Below, in pieces: positions 1 to 8,429 of a stretch of DNA of 64,000 nt (the first letter of the stretch is position 1; the number at the start of each line of letters is the position of its first letter). The notes under the pieces are model-generated. The model ran no database searches. It was not told the DNA's origin and was given only the letters and a program-made list of their open reading frames with translations. Location: assembly GCA_964016885.1 (NCBI GenBank), contig OZ024743.1, forward strand, positions 192,200,001 to 192,264,000, read 5' to 3'. Source of the DNA: Eledone cirrhosa (Eukaryota). The translations under genes were made by a program, and so were the position numbers.

Positions 1-898
1 TGTTGGTACACAAGCAGGAACCTGCATCTCACATATGTTCCTGCACTCTACAGAGTGTTCAGATGAACCAGCAGCCTACAACTCGCTTACATATAATCCC
101 ACACATGACTAAGTGCATTTTATCATGTCACCAGCATTAGGGGGGTTGTCATGTCTTTCACACAGCTGAAGAGTCCTCCCAACAGTTCAGCCTATTTTGC
201 CTATTCAGATACCTAGACAGCAGCATTTCCAATGGCTACATACTGGAAAGAAATTCAAAACTTCTTCAAACTTCTATATCTTTTGGAAGGATGAGAAACA
301 AAATCTTTGTAAACAACTAGCTCAGTGTTGTCTAATGGGCTGCTATTTCTTGCAAATCCAGTGACCACATAAAGGCTCCTTCCTCATTAGCATATTTTGT
401 TTTGTAATTAACAAGAATATTAGCCAAATCAAGTTTGTTTGCTTCTTTAGCATTTACATTACTCTATATTTACTATTGTATTTTTGTGGTAAAGGTTTTA
501 CCTCATATCATCATCATCATCATCAATGTTTAACGTCCGTGTTCCAAGCTTGCATGGGTTTGGACGGGGGGTTTTCCCACTTGAGGCAAGAGTGATTGTC
601 TTGCTCACATAGGACTGTCTGGCAGGTTTTCTACAGTTGGATGCCCTTCCTAACACCAACCACATTTACAGTGTGGGACTGGGAGGTTTTTACTGTGTTG
701 CCTACACGGCCACATTACAGCGTGGACTGTGTGTTTTTTTGTCGTGACACCTACACGATCTCATTTGTTTCGGCCTGGATGTTGTGGCACCAACATAACT
801 TTACATAGAAGGGGGCGGTGTGGATGGGGTGGGGGTGGTGGGACGGGGGTGTATTTTGTTAGAGATGCCTACTGACTGTAGTAGGTTTTACTATGTAT

Positions 899-2233
899 TT
901 AGGTAAGGCGGGTCTTCTCTATTACTGAGTACCGCCAAAGGTCTCGGTCCAGTGACATTGTCTTGGAGAGGTGTAAGTGTGTGAGGTCGGAGTTTATCAG
1001 CTCGTCCCAGGTTTTTATAGGTCTGCCTATTCCGTGGCTACCATCTATCTTTATTGCCCTGCACTTTGTTATACAGCTATCGACTTTCATGCGCATCACG
1101 TGTCCATACCAACGTAGCCTTCTCTCGAGTAAACAACATCTGATCCCTCTTATTTCTAATTTTTTCCTTAGTTCGTTTATGCTTTGCCGTTCACGTATAT
1201 TACTATTACACATCCAGCGGAGCATGCGAGCTTCGTTCCTCTCTAATCTGCGTATATCCTCTCCACACAATGCCCAGGTCTCACTGCCATGCAACATTGC
1301 TGTTCGTATGCAGGCATCATACAACCTGCCTTTCATTTTTAGGGAGAACCCTTTAGCGGCTAATAGTGGTATAAGCTCTCTGAACTTTTTCCATCCAGTT
1401 CTGACTCTAGCTACTGTACTTTCAGAGCACCCTCCCCCACTGCTGATTTTGTCACCCAGGTAACGGAAGCTGTCCACTATTTCTATAGAGCCCTCTGCGC
1501 AGTTGAAAGAGCTAATATTTTTGGGGCACTTGCTGCTACTTATTGCACCAGAGCACCGGCCACATGTGAAATCTATGTTCTTAGTTAGCTTACCTGTGAT
1601 CCCACTACATCTTTTATGCACCCATACTTTGCATTTCTGACAGAAAATGGAGTTTCTACCTACGCCTTTCCTACACACTGAGCATGGCCACTTCCCGGAA
1701 GGGACCGCTGCCTTATTTTCTTTCCTACAAACTAGAACTTTGGTCTTAGCCAGATTAATTTTAAGGCCTTTTGATTCTAGGCCGTGCTTCCATGTTTGGA
1801 ATTTCTTCTCTAGCTCGGCCATTGATTCAGCTATGAGTGTTAGGTCGTCTGCGTATAGGAGTTCCCATGGGCAGCCGGTCTTGAACTCTTCTGTTATAGC
1901 CTGAAGGGCAATAATAAATAGTAGGGGGCTGAGAACAGAGCCCTGATGGACGCCAACTTTTACGCTAAACTCTTCACTATATTCGTTGTTAATTCTAACC
2001 TTGCTGACTGTTTCTTTATACATGGCTTGTATAGCTCTCACAAGCCATTCGTCGACACCTAGTTTTCTAAGAGCCCACCAGATAATGGAACGGGGGACTC
2101 TGTCGAAGGCTTTCTCCAAGTCGACAAAAGCTAAGTAGAGGGGTTTACTTTTAGCTAGGTACTTCTCCTGTAGTTGTCGTACAATAAAAAGAGCGTCTGT
2201 GGTACTTTTGCCTGACACAAACCCGAACTGCAT
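899..2233 (-). CDS. RTE ORF segment: reverse transcriptase with PHD-like Cys/His insertion and RTE C-terminus
   Basis: QFGF, DLEKAFD, GVHQG, YADD; CSVC..C..C..WVHKRC..CGRC cluster; RRLRWYGHVMR. Confidence 0.9.
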   Translation of the reverse strand: MQFGFVSGKSTTDALFIVRQLQEKYLAKSKPLYLAFVDLEKAFDRVPRSIIWWALRKLGVDEWLVRAIQAMYKETVSKVRINNEYSEEFSVKVGVHQGSVLSPLLFIIALQAITEEFKTGCPWELLYADDLTLIAESMAELEKKFQTWKHGLESKGLKINLAKTKVLVCRKENKAAVPSGKWPCSVCRKGVGRNSIFCQKCKVWVHKRCSGITGKLTKNIDFTCGRCSGAISSSKCPKNISSFNCAEGSIEIVDSFRYLGDKISSGGGCSESTVARVRTGWKKFRELIPLLAAKGFSLKMKGRLYDACIRTAMLHGSETWALCGEDIRRLERNEARMLRWMCNSNIRERQSINELRKKLEIRGIRCCLLERRLRWYGHVMRMKVDSCITKCRAIKIDGSHGIGRPIKTWDELINSDLTHLHLSKTMSLDRDLWRYSVIEKTRLT

Positions 2234-2271
2234 TTCATCTAGGTCAATTCTCTCTCTGATTAGTTGCGCTA

Positions 2272-3015
2272 TTACTTTTCCGTGACCTTCATGACCTGGT
2301 CGATTAATTTAAAGCCTCTATAGTTACTCCTATCTAGGGCATCTCCTTTACCCTTATAACAGTTAACGATGATGCTTCTACGCCAGTCCTTCGGAACAAC
2401 CCCATTCTGTACGACTTGGTTAACTATCCGGGTGACCATGGTGTGTCCCACCGTGCCAGATGCCTTCAGCATCTCAGCAACTATTTCCGAAGGCCCAGCT
2501 GCCTTACCCGTCTTCATATCCTTGATTGCCTTACTTATTATACTACCCTCGACTAACACTGCTGGTCCCTCTATTGGGTCGATGTGGGGGAGACTGTCTT
2601 TCTCCCATTTATTCTCCTCATTTAGTAGCCTTTCATAGTGACACTTCCAAGCTACCTTCTTATCAGCGTCGGTGATGGCAAGTACGCCGTCATCATTAAG
2701 TACACACTTCTCCCCGACAATATCACGGTTTTCCTTGACACATTGCCTAGCAATCCTGAACACCTCACATTTTTGGTCCTCGCGTTGTAGAACATGCTTG
2801 AACTTTCTTTCCTCTGCTTCCCTTCTTGCGAAGTACACTTGTCTCCTAGCTTCCCTCCTGGCCACTTGATAGTCTTCTCTACTTCCCCCATCCCGCCATA
2901 CTTTCCAAGCCTGCTTTTTGGCCTTAATTGACCCCTCCACCTTACTGTTCCACCACCATGTTACTCTCCTCCTGCCTACAGGCCTGCTCCAGCCACAGAC
3001 TTCGTCTGCCGCCAT
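2272..3015 (-). CDS. RTE ORF segment: linker and RT domain 0/1
   Basis: TWWWN, MKTGKAAGPSEI, YKGKGDALDRSNYRG motifs; frameshift in the T4 run at 2276-2279 (T5 in the sister copy). Confidence 0.85.
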   Translation of the reverse strand: MAADEVCGWSRPVGRRRVTWWWNSKVEGSIKAKKQAWKVWRDGGSREDYQVARREARRQVYFARREAEERKFKHVLQREDQKCEVFRIARQCVKENRDIVGEKCVLNDDGVLAITDADKKVAWKCHYERLLNEENKWEKDSLPHIDPIEGPAVLVEGSIISKAIKDMKTGKAAGPSEIVAEMLKASGTVGHTMVTRIVNQVVQNGVVPKDWRRSIIVNCYKGKGDALDRSNYRGFKLIDQVMKVTEK

Positions 3016-3115
3016 CAGCAGGTTTGCCTTCAGGAATTCCCACTGTCCCTCTATATTGTCTGACTCTAAATGCTCTTCCTTACTGTCGAAAGCATCAAGT
3101 AATATGCTTTGGAAT

Positions 3116-3874
3116 TTATTTCTGGCTGTGGGGGTCCTTTAGCTTCCATATTTTTCTCCTGAGGATAGTCCTCTTCTGCTGTCGAGTACGTCTCGTCCTG
3201 ACTATGAGGTTGCTAATTATCAGTCTATGTTGGGGGGTGCATTCTTCGTGGGGGAGGGATTTAGTGTTTACAACAGACACTCTGTCGCGTCTTCTGGTAA
3301 GGATATAATCTACCTGGCTTGTGTGTTCCCCGGATCTATAGGTGATCAGGTGATTGTCACGTTTTTTGAAGTTAGTGTTACAGATAGTTAGGTTATTTGC
3401 GTCACGGAATTCCAGGATTCTGGAGCCATCCTCATTTCTAGTACCAAACCCATAGCTTCCATGGATTTCGTCGTAGCCGTCACAATGTTGTCCAACGTGA
3501 CCATTTAGGTCACCTGCAATAATTATATAGTCACTGTCGGTTATTTGGGAGGTAGTGAGCATCAGTGTCTCATAGAATCTGTCTTTTATAGTGCCGGGCA
3601 GTCCGGATTGGGGTGCGTACGAAGATATTACTGTCACCGTAGTTCTATTGAGGACAAGTCTTATTTTAATTATTCTGTCGTTCACTCTATTTACGTCTAT
3701 TATCTTATCTGCCCACTTTTCTGCTACCATGATTCCTACCCCACCCAGCCCATCGTCATTTCCCACCCAGAAAAGCTTATAACATCGTTTTTTACCCTCA
3801 ATGAATCTAGCAGACCCACCCCTCCACCTGGTCTCTTGAATACAACAAACATCGACCTCCTTACGTTCAAGCAT
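3116..3874 (-). CDS. RTE ORF segment: apurinic-like endonuclease domain
   Basis: ORF-track protein with APE motifs; the frame stays open upstream to ~3991 (QNFRVGTINVGTLKGR); frameshift in the G5 run at 3130-3134. Confidence 0.85.
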   Translation of the reverse strand: MLERKEVDVCCIQETRWRGGSARFIEGKKRCYKLFWVGNDDGLGGVGIMVAEKWADKIIDVNRVNDRIIKIRLVLNRTTVTVISSYAPQSGLPGTIKDRFYETLMLTTSQITDSDYIIIAGDLNGHVGQHCDGYDEIHGSYGFGTRNEDGSRILEFRDANNLTICNTNFKKRDNHLITYRSGEHTSQVDYILTRRRDRVSVVNTKSLPHEECTPQHRLIISNLIVRTRRTRQQKRTILRRKIWKLKDPHSQK

Positions 3875-4189
3875 TTCTACAACCTCGTTAGCGCGACCCT
3901 TTAAGGTGCCTACATTTATGGTACCAACTCTGAAGTTTTGGATTGCGTTTGGAGGGTGGGAGCGGTGGGGGGCGGGGGAGATGGGGTTATGTTAGCCATC
4001 CGCAGCCGAGACAAAGAGGAGTGCTCGTATTCTCGTCCACGAGGTGAATTTGTCTTTATCTTTGGCATTGTCGCTGAGCATCCAGATTTTTCTCTCTCTT
4101 CCACTCTCCAGGATTCCGTAGTCCATCCATCCATCCATCATATATCGAAAGGCAACCAGGCAAGCGATAGTATAGGCCTATGGCTTATG

Positions 4190-4248
4190 ATTGGTCCACG
4201 TAATAATAATGGTGGTGCGTGGGGGCTCTGGCTTATGATTGGTCCACG
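4190..4248 (+). promoter_or_regulatory. Two ATTGGTCCACG motifs (CCAAT box plus CCACG; ERSE-II consensus) in a 48-bp tandem repeat within the RTE 5' UTR
   Basis: Exact ATTGG-N-CCACG at 4190-4200 and 4238-4248; function not demonstrated. Confidence 0.4.
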
Positions 4249-4604
4249 TAATAACAATGGTGGTGCGTGGGGGCAGGAGGAGGGGGGGTAGTTAGCTATA
4301 AGGTAAGGATTGAATGAGGTCCTCGTATTTAACAAGCGATTAACAAAAATACAAGATTTGTTCTGTTCAATACGACAAAAACCCTTGTATTTAACAAGTA
4401 ATAACAAAAAATACAGATTTGTTTTAGGAATACGACGACTACATTTAGGATTTGGCAAGATTGGAGGTTTGGACTGGGTACGAAATGGAAGTGTGGAGAT
4501 GGTAGAAAAATGTGTACATTACGTTACATGATATACCGTGAAGGAGCAGCGATGAATTTGGCGAAAGTGATTTACTTGAAGGGTTTATCTTATATATATA
4601 TAGC

Positions 4605-4616
4605 TAAGAGAGAGAG

Positions 4617-4670
<54 letters not shown>

Positions 4671-4697
4671 GAGAGAGAGATAGAGAGAGAGAGAGAT
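4605..4697. repeat. (GA)n microsatellite inside the RTE 5' UTR
   Basis: Directly visible. Confidence 0.9.
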
Positions 4698-5944
4698 GGG
4701 GGGGGGATAGGTTTGGCCGCATGATGTAGGTATTGGGGTGGCTGACCGCGGAACCCTCATGAAGTAGAGGGAGGGGGCGAAGGATAGTAGGAGCAGGAGT
4801 TTAGAGTTTTCGAAGTAGCATAATATATTTAAAGGAATTTATAAGAAGAAGAAGAAGAAGAAGGAAAGGATTTTGTTTTGTTTTGAAAATATAATTATCT
4901 CATATAATATTGAATCTATGAGACTTTTTGAGAACAATACCTTAACTTCAGTATGATTGGCCAGTTACAGCTGGTTTGAACAGGTTAGAGAATTCTGGCT
5001 GGATACGACTGGTGTAAATGCTAAAGGGTTAAGTTTTGTTTGCTTGCCTGGTACTAATTGTCACTTTTTCATTTATGCTTTTTCCATTAATTTAGTTATT
5101 GCAGATGTCTACTTAGTGTTGTTGTTGTAGTTTAGTCCCAAGTCAGGACTGATTAAGCAGATCTAGGATGAAAAGCATTCCAGCCATGACCATCCTGTCT
5201 TTTTCTGGATATCTAGCATTACATTATCCAATGTGATCTCACTCGCTGAAGAGAGTGATGTTTGATTTGAGGGAGAGTTGACTGCTATTTAACACACACC
5301 AAATGATCATGTAAGGCGACGTCATGGGGTTGTAATTTTCCAATCTTGCTGTAAGAATATGCAAATCATGTTTCCAGAGAAGACATTTTGCTACTACATC
5401 TAATTATAAGTTTGGGATTATATTGATTACAGTGGACTACCAACATTTAGATTTAGTTGCTAAGCTCTATCATTGAAATAATCATCGACACATTCTAAAT
5501 GCAACAAGAAAAATGTAACTCAACATACACAACAGTAATATCAAAATTCACGTAAAGACTACAAAAAATTAGAAATGTGACAGCCTCTAACACCATACTG
5601 ACAAAAGAGAAATAAAATTCAATGTAAAGAAGATAACAATTCTGACAATTTTAGCCTCCAGAGTTTTCCAATAAATTATTGAGTAAAATTTATAGCGTAT
5701 TTGGTACAGTGGCAATGCAGTAACTTTCAAATTCATGACTATCATACAAATAGAAATTTGTAACTAATATCAGATCAATTTCAGTGACAAACTCATCAAT
5801 GAGAAAGATCTTACATAGTTCTTTAACTTGCTAGAAATAGCAACTAAATCTCACTTGAAACAGATCCCAGCGCCTTATAAAAATACAGCAACAGAGGTTA
5901 GAAAGTGTCTTTAAACTGATTAGCTGAGCTGATTCTTTTTTTCT

Positions 5945-6180
5945 AGATGAGGTCCAAGGTGTCAGTGTGAGCAACAACAGCATTGCTCCAAATGTGGGAG
6001 CAATACTCCATTGTGGGTCTCGCCAGAGATTTGTAGAGGACAGTAGCTTCAGGTAGCCAAAAAAATATTTTCTGGCATGGAAGAAAAAAGCTAGTCATTG
6101 CCATGCAAGCCTAGCTATGTTGACAATGTTTGTTCTCTATAGCAGACCCTCAGTGATTGTGAAGAGCTATCTCGAGGGCC
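5945..6180 (-). mobile_element. Degenerate CR1/L2/Jockey-type LINE fragment
   Basis: Minus strand reads LYKSLARPTMEYCSHIWSNAVVAHTDTLDLI, typical of the post-RT region of these LINEs. Confidence 0.6.
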
Positions 6181-6189
6181 CGAGTTGCA

Positions 6190-6800
6190 TGCTCTTCATG
6201 CTTAAAGAGGGTGGGGTACAATGGTATGTCTATACTACCATAGTCTCCTCTCTTGCACACTATATCTGATTCCTATTAAATCCAGTTTCTCTCTCAGTTC
6301 ATCCATGCTTTGTTGTTCCCATACATTGCACACCTATCAAAGCATGTTTGCTTCATTTCTCTCAAACCTTTGCATATCCTCTGTGTTTAATACCCATGTC
6401 TCACTACCATGCAGCATCGCACTTCACACACAGGTGTCATACAGCCAACTTTTCATTCGATGAAGAAACATTTTGTTATCAACAGAGGTAGTAGCTCCTA
6501 AACTTTTTCCACCATCCTTATTCTAGCTACTATGCTGTCTCAGCACTCTCCTCCACTGCTAATTATATCACCTAGGTAGCAAAAGCTATCAAGCACTTCT
6601 ATAGATCCTTCCTGGGATTAGAAAATATTTATATCATTGGCACTCTTATTATCAATTGACCCAGAACATCTACTGCATAGAGTCTTCCTTTCTTGCCTGT
6701 TATCCCACTACACTTTTTGCTTTGCGTCGTGTGCATCATATAGAGTTTATGACTACTCTTTTTCTACATACCAACCATACCACAGCCCTTACATCCCACA
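6190..6800 (-). mobile_element. Old degenerate RTE fragment (C-terminal RT region)
   Basis: Nucleotide similarity to 1100-1600 of the full-length RTE (gtctcactaccatgcagcat, ctccactgct, cacctaggtagcaaaagc). Confidence 0.7.
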
Positions 6801-7612
6801 ACCACCCCCAACACTTGCATTCCTTTCCCCCTCACCTACCACTCCACAATCCTACCTCTCTGGCGACATATCCACCTTTGCTTCTGCACCCTTTCTACTG
6901 ACCCCTTCATTTCTAACTTCGTTCCAAACCCACAAATTCACCCCTATGTTTCTATAGCTCTGTCACTGTCGGAAACACATACTCTTATAACAACATAAAT
7001 CATACCTCTACACTTACCCTCACAGCTCTGTATGGACTAACACACACCCTCATAAACTTATACACACATATCCTCACAGCTTCATACTTACAACAAAACA
7101 TGTGTGCATGCATACACACACACACACACTCTTAAACTTATATATATACACGCAATCCTCTTATCTTTGTACATCCAAACAAGATACACATGTACACACT
7201 CTATGACTGAGTTTTTTGCATTGTGTGTGCATGAGTGTGCATGTTTGTGTGTGTATCTGTGAATCCTTTTGTGTCTTTTTATGTGTACATGTGTGTGTTT
7301 GTTTATGTGTGAATTTTTTATGTAGGTTTTGTGTCTGTCTGTGTGCACTGTATGTATGTATATGTTTTTGTATGTGTGTGTGTGTGTGTGTGTCTAAGCA
7401 TGTGTATGTATATGTGAATATACACATGTGTCTGAATTTTAATGTTTTTTGGATGCGTGTGTATGCATGTCTGTATTCTTTAGGCACACATACATATACA
7501 CAAACACATACACATATATATCATCATCATCATTATCATCATCGTTTAATGTCCATCTTCCATGCTAGCATGGGTAAGACGGGTTTGTCCCATTTAGAGG
7601 CAAGTTGGGTCA

Positions 7613-7657
<45 letters not shown>

Positions 7658-7659
<2 letters not shown>

Positions 7660-8245
7660 TGGCTGCCAACTCGTTTTCGAGTACGGCCACTACTTTATAT
7701 CCATGTAGGAGAACCCCTACTGATGCGCTGAACGAGTGTGACTTTTTAGTCCAGCCAGCGACTTGAAAACTCTGGTACAAACACTACACTTGTGACAATT
7801 ACTGACACATAGTGCTGGGCCCATTGTACCCTGTGATGACAAGTGCAGAGAGATCTCCAGATATAAAGCAATGCCTGTGCCGTGAAGCTTTTATAGTGAG
7901 CAAAGGCACTGCACAAACCCAGTCCCACTCTCTTAACCAAGATGATATTTACCAAAAAGAAGAACAAGTCAACATCATTGGATACCATCAGGGTTGCAGG
8001 TGTTATATCAGAGTTTTCTCTCTCCTAGAATTCTGCCTTGACAAAGGCTAAGGGGTCATCTCTCCCGGTGATTTTGGATGGCCATTGACACTTAAGAGCT
8101 CCTTTGCCCTTTGACAGGTTTTGTTTTTAGTCTTGCAGGATGTCCAAAGTCACCCTCCTCACCAAGAAACCTTGGTGGGGTTGCCAGTTTAGTCGTCAAC
8201 GACCCGACCATGGGACAGGTTGTACTGGGATACATGTTACCAGTG
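7658..8245 (-). mobile_element. Insert between two (TA)n tracts containing an RTE-like 5' UTR fragment
   Basis: Bounded by (TA)n at ~7616-7657 and ~8246-8270; minus strand has ctaggagagagaaaactc and gtcgttgacgactaa motifs; its 5' end is homologous to 38774-38820. Confidence 0.45.
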
Positions 8246-8270
8246 TATATATATATATATATATATATAT

Positions 8271-8429
8271 AAACACCATTCACATACACAGACCAATTAT
8301 CACACAAAAATCTCACCAATGTGTACACACATGCATATATATTATATATATACATACATATATATGCATGTGTGTACACATTGGTGAGATTTTTGTGTGA
8401 TAATTGGTCTGTGTATGTGAATGGTGTTT
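8271..8429. repeat. Perfect inverted repeat, 72-bp arms with 15-nt spacer
   Basis: 8271-8342 is the exact reverse complement of 8358-8429. Confidence 0.95.

Larger units (their letters stand above)
505..4890 (-). mobile_element. Full-length RTE-clade LINE (5' UTR, APE-RT ORF, 3' UTR, (GAT)n tail)
   Basis: APE motifs (GTINVGTL, CIQETRW, YAPQ, GDLNGHVG, DYIL, HRL) and RT motifs (DLEKAFDRVP, GVHQGSVLSPLLF, YADD); (TCA)n at 507-524 is the (GAT)n tail. The element splits a piggyBac-type MITE whose halves lie at ~446-505 and ~4891-5032, which fixes its ends. Confidence 0.92.

Noticed and set aside
963-4291. Plus-strand ORFs overlapping the RTE (also 36602-37738 and minus ORFs over the Tx1 element)
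   Set aside because: Antisense shadows of TE coding sequence with no independent motifs.
7088-7731. ORFs rich in C/V/H/T/Y/I (also 10722-11049, 15546-15884, 40770-41136)
   Set aside because: Translations of (CA)n, (TA)n and (CAT)n low-complexity DNA.
7720-7780. Hammerhead-like CTGATG...GAAA...GTA
   Set aside because: Core reads CTGATGC, stem II does not abut GAAA and there is no stem I.
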